Positions 1-8,942 of a stretch of DNA of 25,298 nt are shown here, piece after piece. A program made the position numbers and the translations under genes. Numbering within the stretch: position 1 is the first letter of the stretch; each line of letters starts with the position of its first letter. The notes below the pieces were generated by a model that worked only from the letters and a program-made list of their open reading frames with translations, searched no databases and was not told where the DNA came from. The stretch lies in contig JBJMMA010000101.1 in the NCBI GenBank assembly GCA_045805065.1, positions 1 to 25,298 of the forward strand, given 5' to 3'. The stretch is from Bdellovibrionia bacterium (GTDB taxonomy: Bacteria > Bdellovibrionota > UBA1018).

Positions 1-525
1 CGCTCACGCCCGAAAGATATCGAGATGCTCTCCACCCAGTTTGCAGAGGATCTTGGCAAAACCATCTCGCCTCGCGCGATGCTCAGGCTTCAGGCCCATA
101 GCTGGCCTGGAAACGTGCGCGAGCTCAGGCATGCGATTGAAAGAGCAAGCGGACTGACTGGCGCTTTTGACACGCTCCTCACCGAAGAGTCCTTTGAGTT
201 TCTTTTGAACGAGGATTCCGTTCAGCAATCCCCTGAGCTTGAGATCGGCTGCGGAATTCTCACTCTGGATGAGATGGAAAGACATATGATTTTGAAGGCG
301 CTGAAACTTGCCAACGGACATCGGGGTACTGCGGCAAAGATCCTGGGAATTGCTCGCAGCACTCTGTTCGAAAAGCTCAAGCGCCACCATATCCACGGGC
401 CGCGAAGTGGGCAGGTAGTTTTATTTCATCAACCCCAAAGCCATTCGTCAAACTATTCAACGACAAGATCGCCGAACCACGCGTCTTCAATGCGTGCTCC
501 GGAGTATTCGCGCGCAAGCCATTGA
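1..525 (+). CDS. Sigma54-dependent (NtrC/Fis-family) transcriptional activator, 3' part (5' end outside window)
   Basis: The frame is open from base 1: RSRPKDIEML (LRERxEDI-like), HSWPGNVRELRH (WPGNVREL motif) and a Fis-type HTH (TLDEMERHMILKALKLANGHRGTAAKILGIARSTLFEKLKRH). Stop TGA at 523-525. Confidence 0.93.
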   Translation, partial: RSRPKDIEMLSTQFAEDLGKTISPRAMLRLQAHSWPGNVRELRHAIERASGLTGAFDTLLTEESFEFLLNEDSVQQSPELEIGCGILTLDEMERHMILKALKLANGHRGTAAKILGIARSTLFEKLKRHHIHGPRSGQVVLFHQPQSHSSNYSTTRSPNHASSMRAPEYSRASH

Positions 526-1115
526 TTGAGGATAAGGAGGATTTTCTTGTGAGTGCGGCGTTTGCCATCGATCGCAAGAAAATCCTCGCGAGCCATTCCA
601 ACCAGGGATGACGTCAGCTCGCTTCGTACTTGTACGGAGCGAGCTTCGATGTACTCGCGAACCTCTTTTTCGTTACAGCGAACAAAGAGCTCAAAATCCG
701 CTTTAGGCGCAGGACCACGTCCGACGGGCTTGAGTGCCACGACATATCGTCCCAGGCTCACCACATATTCTGCGGATTTAAGATCGGCCAGGCGCGAGTT
801 TTCAGTCTCCTGACGTTTCTTCTCTTCAAGCTCTCGCTCTTTCAGCTCAAGCGCCTGTCTGGCGCGAACATGACGGATTCGCTTCACGGCCGCAACGGAC
901 ACAAACCCGATTCCCACGATCCCCAGAAAGAAAAGCAGCGCCGTTCTGCGCGTCGGGGCATCCGATGAAAAAAGAGACCCGAAAAGATCTTTGAAGAAAG
1001 CTTTGAGACGAGTCAGCGCGCCCGGCTTCGCGGCCGTGTCCTCAGGTTTCTGTTCCTGAGCGTTTTGATCTGCTTTAGCTTCCTGAGAGGAAACCTCTAG
1101 ATTGGGTTGATCCAC
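453..1115 (-). CDS. fliL: FliL-like flagellar basal-body-associated protein
   Basis: GTG start and one TM helix (ALLFFLGIVGIGFVSVAAV). The C-terminal domain has the FliL pattern LGRYVVAL...QVRSELTSSL...DFLAIDGKRRTHKKILLILN...IEDAWFGDLVVE. Confidence 0.72.
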   Translation of the reverse strand: MDQPNLEVSSQEAKADQNAQEQKPEDTAAKPGALTRLKAFFKDLFGSLFSSDAPTRRTALLFFLGIVGIGFVSVAAVKRIRHVRARQALELKERELEEKKRQETENSRLADLKSAEYVVSLGRYVVALKPVGRGPAPKADFELFVRCNEKEVREYIEARSVQVRSELTSSLVGMAREDFLAIDGKRRTHKKILLILNQWLAREYSGARIEDAWFGDLVVE

Positions 1116-1191
1116 CCTTTTAGTCTAAATGCGTCAGAGAATTTTACCATGGGATATTTTAGTTATGGCGCAGCGCGACCGAGAAGTAGCC

Positions 1192-1608
1192 ATGAACTCT
1201 CATTCAAGGAAATGGATTGTCCTGAATTTGATGATCGGAGCATGCCTCCTCACCTGCTTCCTCAATGGCTGCGCTCTCCTCTCCCCCAATATGACGGAAG
1301 AAGAGATGTACGAAAACGATCCAGTAGGTCGCGCCGCTCTGGCATTGAGACAGGATCGCTCCCCTGCGGGCGAAACGCCTTCTGCCAGCGGTGAAATAAG
1401 CCAAAGCCAACTGACCTTGGGAATGAGCTCTTATCGGGTTCGCTCCCTTTGGGGCCAGCCTCAGGAAATTGAAAATGCCGGTGACCCGGCCTCAGGAAAT
1501 CAGCGCTGGATCTATCTCAACGGCCTCAAGCGTGGCTGGGGAACCAGTGATTATCGCGTGGTTTATTTTGAGCGGAATCAAGTCGTGGGTTGGGAAAACC
1601 ACCGCTAA
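1192..1608 (+). CDS. Lipoprotein with BamE/SmpA-like small beta domain
   Basis: ATG 1192 gives a signal peptide with lipobox LNG-C. The C-terminus LTLGMSSYRVRSLWGQP...RWIY...VVYFERNQVVGW fits the SmpA/OmlA-like pattern. The ORF track starts at 1129; 1192 was chosen for signal length. Confidence 0.65.
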   Translation: MNSHSRKWIVLNLMIGACLLTCFLNGCALLSPNMTEEEMYENDPVGRAALALRQDRSPAGETPSASGEISQSQLTLGMSSYRVRSLWGQPQEIENAGDPASGNQRWIYLNGLKRGWGTSDYRVVYFERNQVVGWENHR

Positions 1609-1657
1609 AAACGCCTTTTGAATCAGCGGAGTGCCGTGGTAGCTTCACCGGTACTCT

Positions 1658-2704
1658 ATGGAAGCTCATTTCGATTTTGAAAAACCAATCGTTAACCTCG
1701 AGAAAAAATTGGTCGACCTCCGCGAGCTCGCAAAGCAGGAAGGCGTCGACTTTGGAAAAGAAATCACTGTTCTTGAGAAGAAGGTCGCCAAGCTCATTGA
1801 TGACACCTACTCAAAACTGACCCCTTGGCAGCGTGTTCAACTCTCGCGCCATCCGAATCGCCCCTACACCCGCGATTACGTCGACATGCTTTTCCCGGAC
1901 TTCATGGAGCTTCATGGCGATCGTGCTTTCGGCGACGACCAGGCTCTTTTGGCGGGCGTTGCCACCTGGCCTCCTACGATCCCTGGTTCAAACGATGCCG
2001 TCTCGACGACTGAAGAGCGCTTCCCTGTCATGATCCTGGGCCAGCAAAAGGGCCGCAACACCAAGCAGAAGATGGAACGCAACTTCGCGATGGTTCGCCC
2101 CGAAGGCTATCGCAAGGCCATGCGCATGATGGAGCTCGCTGAGCGCTCCAAGATGCCAATCATCACCTTTATCGATACGCCCGGTGCTTATCCTGGAATC
2201 GATGCCGAAGAGCGCGGACAATCCGCCGCCATCGCTGAGAGCATTGAAACCATGTTCCGCATGTCCGTCCCGACGATTGCAGTCGTCATTGGCGAAGGCG
2301 GCTCCGGTGGAGCGCTTGCCATTGGCATCGGCAACGTCGTTCTGATGCAGGAATACAGCTACTACTCTGTCATCGCGCCTGAGAGCTGCGCAGCCATTCT
2401 CTGGAGCGACTCCAGCCTGGCCGAGCGCGCGAGCGAAAAGCTCAAGCCAACCCCGGATAACCTTCTCCGCCTGGGAGTCATCGACGCTATCGTCAAGGAA
2501 CCTAAGGGCGGCGCTCATCGCGATTGGAATCAAGCTGGCGTCCTGATGCGCGAGGCTTTGATGAAGCATCTCGAGCCAATGATTGAAGGCATGAACAAGC
2601 GCGGTAAGGGTAAAGCCCCGAACCTTGCTCAAGAACGAATGGATAAGTTCCGCGAAATGGGCAAGATTGCACTTGATCACGCACCGGTTTCTTCTGGAAA
2701 CTAA
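1658..2704 (+). CDS. accA: Acetyl-CoA carboxylase carboxyltransferase alpha subunit
   Basis: FDFEKP, LTPWQRVQLSRHPNRP, ELHGDR, PEGYRKA, FIDTPGAYPGIDAEERGQ, GEGGSGGALA, EPKGGAHRD. Confidence 0.98.
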   Translation: MEAHFDFEKPIVNLEKKLVDLRELAKQEGVDFGKEITVLEKKVAKLIDDTYSKLTPWQRVQLSRHPNRPYTRDYVDMLFPDFMELHGDRAFGDDQALLAGVATWPPTIPGSNDAVSTTEERFPVMILGQQKGRNTKQKMERNFAMVRPEGYRKAMRMMELAERSKMPIITFIDTPGAYPGIDAEERGQSAAIAESIETMFRMSVPTIAVVIGEGGSGGALAIGIGNVVLMQEYSYYSVIAPESCAAILWSDSSLAERASEKLKPTPDNLLRLGVIDAIVKEPKGGAHRDWNQAGVLMREALMKHLEPMIEGMNKRGKGKAPNLAQERMDKFREMGKIALDHAPVSSGN

Positions 2705-2708
2705 GATC

Positions 2709-3272
2709 ATGTCAGGACATCTGATCGTGATCTCAGCGCCCTCGGGTGCAGGCAAAACCACACTCTGTGCTCGCCTTCTTCAGGACTTTCCTGAACTGGT
2801 GCTCTCCATCTCGTCCACAACGCGTGCGCCGCGTGGAAAAGAGCAGCATGGCGTGGAGTACTTCTTTCTGAGCCGCCCTGAGTTTGAAGCCCAGATCCAA
2901 TCAGGCCGCTTTGCCGAATGGGCAAACGTCCATGGAAACTACTACGGCACCTCCAAAGACGTCATTGAGAAGGCCTTTGCGAGCGGCAAATCCGTTTTGC
3001 TCGATATTGACGTTCAGGGAGCGGCAAGTCTTGCCAAGTCCTATCCACATGAGACTTACCGGGTGTTTATCTCTCCCCCAAGCCTTGCTGAGCTCGAAGC
3101 CCGTCTGCGGGGGCGTGGAACGGACAGCGAAGAAACGATTCAAAAACGGGTCAGAAATGCCGAAGAGGAAATGAAGCGCTTGCCCGAGTTTGACAAAGTC
3201 GTCATTAATGATCAACTTGATCGAGCATACACTGAGCTCCGTGAGCTGATTCGCGGACGACTAAAGAAATAA
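2709..3272 (+). CDS. gmk: Guanylate kinase
   Basis: ATG 2709, 4 nt after the accA stop. SAPSGAGKTT P-loop, SISSTTRAPRGKEQHGVEYFF, GNYYGT, LDIDVQGA, RLRGRGTDSEE. Confidence 0.98.
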   Translation: MSGHLIVISAPSGAGKTTLCARLLQDFPELVLSISSTTRAPRGKEQHGVEYFFLSRPEFEAQIQSGRFAEWANVHGNYYGTSKDVIEKAFASGKSVLLDIDVQGAASLAKSYPHETYRVFISPPSLAELEARLRGRGTDSEETIQKRVRNAEEEMKRLPEFDKVVINDQLDRAYTELRELIRGRLKK

Positions 3273-3278
3273 CTTAAA

Positions 3279-5465
3279 ATGGCAAAAGCCGAAGTCGCAA
3301 CACTCGATACCCTCTGTAACACGATCAAGAGCTACTTTCCTGACGCAAAGCTTGAGCTCGTGCACAAGGCGTATCAGTTTGCCGAGGCCTCCCATAAGGG
3401 TCAGCTTCGCTCAAGCGGTGAGCCTTACATCATTCATCCCGTGGGCGTTGCCCAATCGCTGGCGGAGCTTCGCCTGGACCTCTCCAGCATTGTCACAGGC
3501 CTTCTCCACGATACGGTCGAAGACACGCACGCGACCCTTGAGCAAATCGAGACTGAGTTTGGAAAAGACATCGCAGAGCTTGTCGATGGCGTGACCAAGC
3601 TTTCTCAAATCACTTTCAAGACGTCCGAAGAAAAGCAGGCTGAGAACTTCCGCAAAATGATCCTGGCCATGGCCAAGGATATTCGCGTGATCCTGGTCAA
3701 GCTTGCCGATCGTCTCAACAATATGCGCACGCTCGAGCATCTCAACCCGCTCAAGCAAAAGACGATTGCGCAAGAGACTCTCGATATTTACGCACCGATC
3801 GCCAATCGCCTGGGTATTGGCTGGATCAAGATCGAGCTCGAAGATCTCTGTCTTCGCTACTTGCATCCGGAAGTCTACTACAAGCTCCGCCAGCAAATTG
3901 CCAAGACCAAGAAAGAGCGCGAAAAGTACATCGACGATGTCAGCGACATCTTGAAAGAGAAGCTCGACGAGTACGATATGAAGGCCGAAGTCATCGGCCG
4001 CGCCAAGCACTTCTACTCCATCTATAAAAAGATGGAGCGTCGCAAGGCCGACTTTGATCAGGTTTTTGACCTGATTGCTTTCCGCATCGTCGTCGACAAC
4101 ATCACCGAGTGTTACAAAGCGCTGGGCGTGATTCACGCGACTTACAAGCCAGTGCCAGGACGCTTTAAAGATTACATCGCTATTCCTAAGGCCAACCAAT
4201 ACCAATCGCTTCATACAACCGTGATCGGTCCATCCGGTGAGCGCGTTGAGATTCAAATCCGCACTCAGGAAATGGATGAAATGGCTGAAGGCGGGATCGC
4301 GGCCCACTGGAAATACAAAGAAGGCCGCTTTGATACTCGCTCACGTGAGAACGTCGAATGGGTCAATCGCCTGCTCGAGTGGCATAAGGATCTTTCCGAT
4401 CCGAACGAGTTTCTTGAAACGGTTAAGATCGATCTTTTTGCCGAAGACGTTTTCGTCTTCACGCCCAAGGGCGAGATCAAGCAGCTCTCGCATGGCGCAA
4501 CTCCGCTCGACTTTGCTTACGCCGTTCATACGGATGTCGGCAATAAGTGCGTAGGCGCCAAGGTCAACGGCAAGATCGTCCCGCTCAAGCACCGTCTCAA
4601 ATCCGGTGACACGATCGAGGTCATCACCTCTCCTTCTCAGACTCCATCCAAAGACTGGCTCAAGATCGTCAAGAGCTCACGCGCCAAGGCCAAGATCCGC
4701 GCTTACATCAAGCTTCAAGAGCGCGAACGCGGCGGAAAGCTCGGCCAGGAAATCCTGGATCGCGCGCTTCGCCCTTATGGACATACACTGGCCAAGCTCG
4801 AACGAGCTGGCGAGATCATGAAGCTTGCGCAGAACTTCCACGCTAAAACTCTCGAAGAGTTTTACATCCTCGTCGGCTACGGCCGTATCACGATGGATGA
4901 GGTCATCCCTCTGATCGTTCCTCAAGAAGCACTCAATATGAAGATTGAGGCCGCCAAGGAACAAGACGAGAGCTTCCTCAAGAAGGTCTTCAAGGCCGCC
5001 ACCAAGCGCAGCGAAACTCGCAACGCAATCACGGTTGCAAACCTGGATGACGTTCTCATCCGCTTTGGCCGCTGCTGCAATCCTCTTCCAGGCGATAGCA
5101 TCATCGGATTTATCACCCGCGGCCGCGGTGTCACGGTCCATACCGCGACCTGCACCAAGGCTCTCGACAACGATCCAGAGCGCAGAGTCGATGTGCGCTG
5201 GAACGTATCCGACAAAAAGTCCGTCAAACGTCACGTCAAGATCCGCGTTCTCTCGCAAGATGAGCCAGGTCTTCTGGCTCTCATGTCTCAGACCATCACC
5301 TCTTGCGGCGTGAACATCGCCTCAGCCAACATCCGCACGACCAAAGACAAAAAGGCCATCGCGCTTTTTGACGTCGAGGTCAGCGATATCGCTCAGCTCC
5401 AAAAAGTGACTAGCGCTCTTGAAGGCAAAAAAGGCGTGATTACGGTCGAGCGAATGCGTTCTTAA
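3279..5465 (+). CDS. spoT: Bifunctional (p)ppGpp synthetase/hydrolase, long RSH (Rel/SpoT)
   Basis: HD domain (SGEPYIIHP, LLHDTVED, VKLADR), synthetase (RFKDYIA, YQSLHT, EIQIRT), TGS (FTPKG, DFAYAVHT), ZFD (GRCCNPLPGD...HTATC) and C-terminal ACT. Confidence 0.97.
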   Translation: MAKAEVATLDTLCNTIKSYFPDAKLELVHKAYQFAEASHKGQLRSSGEPYIIHPVGVAQSLAELRLDLSSIVTGLLHDTVEDTHATLEQIETEFGKDIAELVDGVTKLSQITFKTSEEKQAENFRKMILAMAKDIRVILVKLADRLNNMRTLEHLNPLKQKTIAQETLDIYAPIANRLGIGWIKIELEDLCLRYLHPEVYYKLRQQIAKTKKEREKYIDDVSDILKEKLDEYDMKAEVIGRAKHFYSIYKKMERRKADFDQVFDLIAFRIVVDNITECYKALGVIHATYKPVPGRFKDYIAIPKANQYQSLHTTVIGPSGERVEIQIRTQEMDEMAEGGIAAHWKYKEGRFDTRSRENVEWVNRLLEWHKDLSDPNEFLETVKIDLFAEDVFVFTPKGEIKQLSHGATPLDFAYAVHTDVGNKCVGAKVNGKIVPLKHRLKSGDTIEVITSPSQTPSKDWLKIVKSSRAKAKIRAYIKLQERERGGKLGQEILDRALRPYGHTLAKLERAGEIMKLAQNFHAKTLEEFYILVGYGRITMDEVIPLIVPQEALNMKIEAAKEQDESFLKKVFKAATKRSETRNAITVANLDDVLIRFGRCCNPLPGDSIIGFITRGRGVTVHTATCTKALDNDPERRVDVRWNVSDKKSVKRHVKIRVLSQDEPGLLALMSQTITSCGVNIASANIRTTKDKKAIALFDVEVSDIAQLQKVTSALEGKKGVITVERMRS

Positions 5466-5517
5466 GATTAAGAATAAATTGAGAGTAGTCCACTTAGACT
5501 TAGACTAAGCTTAAATC

Positions 5518-6084
5518 TTAATGATCAAAGTACTCTCGTATTTCCGTTTTACCCTTTTCTAAATACCTCAAGCAAAGCTTAGCTTTATTTGTGCTACCCA
5601 ATTTCGACTTCTCGATCTTCTTCTTTAATTTTTCGACCTCTTCAATGGCACTCGCAAACTCATGCTTCCAGGGGCCGTCTTGATACATTCCACTGCAAAT
5701 ACTCGACAATATGTTTTTTGGAGCTAGACTCAGGGTTATTACAGGATCCTTTTGCAATGCACCTACAATGGCATTTGTTAGTTCACCATAAGCACCCGCA
5801 TCTGCAACATTTACAAAATCAATTGCAAGCTTAATCCGGTTCGCATCTGCAGCTTGAATTTGATTAAGCACACTTTCCCACTCTGTACGATTGCCGTAGA
5901 CTTGTTCCAATACTCTCCTTGGTCCATCCTTCTTGATCCTCGCTTGCAACACAAAGCTAGAGGTAACAAATTTCTCATCTGCATCGGACGATGCATGGCA
6001 ACACACATTCCATAAAAGACCTAATGTAATGCAGAGAAGCACACAAAATGCTCTTAATTTTTTACGCAAAATTGCAAAAACCAT
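5518..6084 (-). CDS. Exported helical protein, probable orphan Rhs immunity protein
   Basis: AT-rich 188-aa ORF with a signal-like N-terminus (ending CCHA-S) and helical core WESVLNQI...DAGAYGEL..AIVGALQKDP. Last gene of the array downstream of the Rhs fragment; function inferred from context. Confidence 0.6.
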   Translation of the reverse strand: MVFAILRKKLRAFCVLLCITLGLLWNVCCHASSDADEKFVTSSFVLQARIKKDGPRRVLEQVYGNRTEWESVLNQIQAADANRIKLAIDFVNVADAGAYGELTNAIVGALQKDPVITLSLAPKNILSSICSGMYQDGPWKHEFASAIEEVEKLKKKIEKSKLGSTNKAKLCLRYLEKGKTEIREYFDH

Positions 6085-6189
6085 TACTTATTCCCTAGAA
6101 GCATACAAGTTATCATGAACCCAGTCGAACTTGACTTCGATAAGTCATGAAAGTATGCAGTAATTAACTTGGCGATCACTCTCTCGAAA

Positions 6190-6456
6190 TTAAGCGTTAA
6201 ACCGTGGACCATATCTTAGGATAAATGCGACATAGAAGAGAGCTATGGCCAGCAATATGCTCGAACCAAGCACAAAGAAGCGGTTTTCGGTCCTAAAGCT
6301 TATCCATATTCCAATTGCCATTGCCAGAAGTGTCAGAAGAACCGAAGGCCACCACTGATCTGAGAGACCATGAAGTTGAGTAGATAAAATACTGTAGGCA
6401 AAATATCCTGACATTCCGCTTGTCAATGATGTCAGAAGTGGAAATCGTCGTTTCAT
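6190..6456 (-). CDS. Small three-TM membrane protein, probable orphan immunity protein
   Basis: ATG at 6456 gives 88 aa with three hydrophobic segments. It directly follows a degenerate Rhs-core scrap. Confidence 0.55.
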   Translation of the reverse strand: MKRRFPLLTSLTSGMSGYFAYSILSTQLHGLSDQWWPSVLLTLLAMAIGIWISFRTENRFFVLGSSILLAIALFYVAFILRYGPRFNA

Positions 6457-6490
6457 GATTAGTTGCCTACCTGTGGTGATCACATCATCA

Positions 6491-6554
6491 CCCTGCAAAC
6501 CCAAATGGCTGAAACCCAGGATTGAGTCAGGAATGTTCTTCCTCAGAAGTCGTA
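6491..6554 (-). pseudogene. Degenerate second copy of Rhs core segment ([11 protein letters not shown])
   Basis: 6495-6523 matches 7391-7419 at 27/29 nt. The - strand reads [11 protein letters not shown] then TGA (6488-6490). Upstream traces of YD.F.G.NI..D are broken by indels and a stop. Confidence 0.85.
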
Positions 6555-6562
6555 GACGTATT

Positions 6563-6922
6563 TTAGTCTACAAACGCAACCCAGCTCTTGGTAACTTTTC
6601 CATTAGCGTAATTGATCGTGCAATAATATCGACCGAAGACAAATCCTTCCCAGGCCATAATTGTCATTTCTCCTGGTAGCTTTTTTTCTTCAGTGGAGGC
6701 TCCCACACTAGTCCTTAATCCGAGCTCTCTTGCTTTTTCTTCAATGCCATCGGAAGAGCCACCAACCGGCGCCGCTGCGCAAAGTTGCTCAGTGAGTTTC
6801 TTTGCCTTCGATATTTTCCATTCCGGGTACGCTATCAACAGCAAGCCAATTACTAATAAGATTCCGAGAGACTTGTACAAACCACGATAACCTAAACTCT
6901 TAGCATTCAATTTGAAGTACAT
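6563..6922 (-). CDS. Probable cognate immunity protein of the Rhs toxin tip (TM anchor + small extracytoplasmic domain)
   Basis: ATG 6922 overlaps the last 16 nt of the Rhs ORF. TM helix [16 protein letters not shown], then a small alpha/beta domain with two Cys (QLCAA, YYCTI). Confidence 0.7.
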   Translation of the reverse strand: MYFKLNAKSLGYRGLYKSLGILLVIGLLLIAYPEWKISKAKKLTEQLCAAAPVGGSSDGIEEKARELGLRTSVGASTEEKKLPGEMTIMAWEGFVFGRYYCTINYANGKVTKSWVAFVD

Positions 6923-7700
6923 GAGTTTGCCCCTCCGAGCCCCCAAATCAATTGAGACTCTGTCGGTTGAGTCTCACCAGGGCGCACATATATTAACTTT
7001 TTAAAATGATAACCAAAAGTTAGGGTATTTACCCAGGCATTTGAATGGCCATCTTTAACTAGTTGCTGAGCAAGCAGATAGTGCTCGGCGTCAGCTGCGT
7101 CCTGAGACGTATCTCCTGTTAATCTTGCACGCAATGCAAGGTTGAGAGGAGTTTCGTTTCCAAGTTTTTTCGCTCGGTTTTGATAATTGACAATCATTAA
7201 AGCTACATTAACGTCATCAAGGCCCATCGGATCGACGAAATTGATCGGATCACTCATTGTATAGCCGTAAAGATTCGTATCTCTGCCAGCAAACAAGACC
7301 GGGTCCTTCGCGAGCCATCTCCCTGCAGAGGCATCATAATCACGCGCTCCAAAGTGAGTCAAACCGGTCTCAGCATCATACATCCCACCCGCAAATCCAA
7401 ATGGCTGAAACCCTGGATTCGAATCAGTAAGGATGTTACCAAATTCATCGTAGTCCATTTGCTGAGCAACCGATCCATCAGCCGCATTGATGATGAGTCG
7501 TGGACTACCTAAGTGATTGCTGATGATCTGATAAGTCACGCCAGCCTTGATCATGTACGCAGGCACGTTGATCTTATCACCGTAGACAAACTGACTTACC
7601 ACATTGCCTGATCCATCAAGTTCAGCAGCAATCCTAAGATCATCCAAATAGAGGAAACCCTGAACCAGAGTTCCGTTGACTTGTTTTCCAATCCTGCGAT
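6907..7700 (-). pseudogene. 5'-truncated (orphan) Rhs-repeat-associated core with variable C-terminal toxin domain
   Basis: The frame is open up to the IS end: [80 protein letters not shown], then a 103-aa tip (6907-7218). Confidence 0.92.
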
Positions 7701-7729
7701 TGACCGGCTCCCAATCATTGTACCACTTT
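7701..7729. repeat. IS terminal inverted repeat (IRR)
   Basis: tgaccggctcccaatcattgtaccacttt; the first 12 nt match the reverse complement of the other end at 11/12. Confidence 0.88.
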
Positions 7730-8608
7730 CAATGTTACTTTCGGCAACTCACTCGAACTGTATAACGGCGATTTAAACTGAATCGTTTCAGGCGCAGGTG
7801 GAAGATACCCAAGAGCGCTGTGTGGTCTTTTTGTATTGTAATGCTTCCTCCACTGTTCGGTAATTACTTTTGCTTCAGTGAGCGTAAAAAAGATTTCTCC
7901 GTTTAAAAGCTCGTCTCTGAGCTTCCCGTTGAAGGACTCTACGAATCCGTTTTCCCACGGAGATCCTGGGTGAATAAATAGTGGCGCAATATCGAGCTTT
8001 GAGAACCAGATTCTTAAAATGGAGGCGATAAACTCAGGCCCATTATCTGATCGGATGTGCTCGGGACATCCTCGAGCTAAAAACAAATCGGATAGTATTT
8101 CGATCATTTCTCGAGACGTAATTCTTCTACGGACCTCAAGGCAGATGCACTCTCTTGTAAACTCATCTACAACCGAGAGAATCTTTAAAGGCCTGCCGTC
8201 GTGCGTCTTATCCATCACAAAATCATAGGACCAGACGTGATTAGGTCTCTCTGGGCGCTTTCTAACAGTGGATCCATCGGCAAGCCAGAGACGCGCTCGT
8301 TTAGGCTGTTTTTTAGGAACTTTTAGTCCCTCTTCACGCCAAATTCGGTAGACTCTCTTCACGTTAATCTCCCATCCTTCTTGCCTTAAAAGGGCAGTCA
8401 CTCGGCGATAGCCATAACGACCGTACTCGGACGCAAGCTTGACGATCCGCTCGTTCAATCTCTTTTCATCATCAGGTCTTCTCGCGACGTAACGCTGAGA
8501 GGATCTGTACTGATTTAAAGTTCGACACGCCCGGCGCTCAGACACCTTTAACTTCTTGACGACATGCTGAACCGCATCTCTTCGTCTGGCCGGGCTTAAA
8601 ACTTTCCC
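7715..8608 (-). CDS. IS3 transposase OrfB (DDE integrase core), expressed as OrfAB by -1 frameshift
   Basis: [68 protein letters not shown]. The frame is open back to the slippery site ([13 protein letters not shown]...). Confidence 0.93.
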   Translation of the reverse strand, partial: GKVLSPARRRDAVQHVVKKLKVSERRACRTLNQYRSSQRYVARRPDDEKRLNERIVKLASEYGRYGYRRVTALLRQEGWEINVKRVYRIWREEGLKVPKKQPKRARLWLADGSTVRKRPERPNHVWSYDFVMDKTHDGRPLKILSVVDEFTRECICLEVRRRITSREMIEILSDLFLARGCPEHIRSDNGPEFIASILRIWFSKLDIAPLFIHPGSPWENGFVESFNGKLRDELLNGEIFFTLTEAKVITEQWRKHYNTKRPHSALGYLPPAPETIQFKSPLYSSSELPKVTLKVVQ

Positions 8609-8874
8609 TGAGCGACTTCCTTTAAGATCTGATTATCGAGCGCAAGGTTTGCTACAAGCTTTTTGAGCCTCTGATTTTCTTGCTCAAGATCCTTGAGACG
8701 CTTTGCTTGATCGATCCTGAGTCCACCGTACTCTTCGCGCCAACGATAAAAGGTTTGCGCTGTGATACCGGTCTTCTTGCAGCAGTCCTCAATGGATAGC
8801 CCTTTTCCGTTCTCAATTTCGATCGTCCGGAGATGACTGATGATCTCCTCCGGAGAGTATCGTTTCTTAGGCAT
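8596..8874 (-). CDS. IS3 transposase OrfA (HTH + leucine zipper)
   Basis: MPKKRYSPEEII, TFYRWREEYGG, RLKDLEQENQRLKKLVANLALDNQILKE; SD AAGGGAG upstream. Confidence 0.93.
   Translation of the reverse strand: MPKKRYSPEEIISHLRTIEIENGKGLSIEDCCKKTGITAQTFYRWREEYGGLRIDQAKRLKDLEQENQRLKKLVANLALDNQILKEVAQGKF
8602..8608 (-). other. -1 programmed frameshift heptamer G-GGA-AAG
   Basis: X-XXY-YYZ motif one codon before the OrfA stop (cag gga aag ttt taa); the -1 frame continues into OrfB. Confidence 0.75.
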
Positions 8875-8912
8875 TGGATTTTACTCCCTTTCTGGCCCAG
8901 TCTATCACTTCC

Positions 8913-8942
8913 AAACTGGACCGGTTTTTGGGGAGCAGGTCA
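8913..8942. repeat. IS terminal inverted repeat (IRL)
   Basis: Reverse complement tgacctgctccccaaaaaccggtccagttt aligns with 7701-7729. Confidence 0.88.

Larger units (their letters stand above)
7701..8942 (-). mobile_element. IS3-family insertion sequence (IS407-like), 1242 bp
   Basis: TG...CA ends, imperfect ~30-bp terminal inverted repeats, orfA/orfB in -1 frameshift arrangement, DDE motifs. Confidence 0.95.

Noticed and set aside
2625..2708. N-terminal extension of Gmk in the ORF track
   Set aside because: It overlaps accA; ATG 2709 gives a normal-length Gmk.
3700..3730. DRLNN instead of DRLHN suggesting a dead Rel hydrolase
   Set aside because: The metal-binding His, HD and Asp residues and the following Asn are intact, so there is no basis to call it inactive.
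1988..5258. Long antisense ORFs (1988-2761, 3411-4307, 4677-5258)
   Set aside because: Shadows of the codon-biased accA and rel genes; no recognisable motifs.
5463..5520. AT-rich imperfect inverted repeat after rel as terminator or att site
   Set aside because: Weak stem, no U-tract, no matching repeat seen near 16122-16160, and no integrase in the window.
6085..6189. Possible remnant of a third toxin tip (frame ending LLGNK*, TAATG-coupled to the 188-aa gene)
   Set aside because: Too short and without any recognisable motif.
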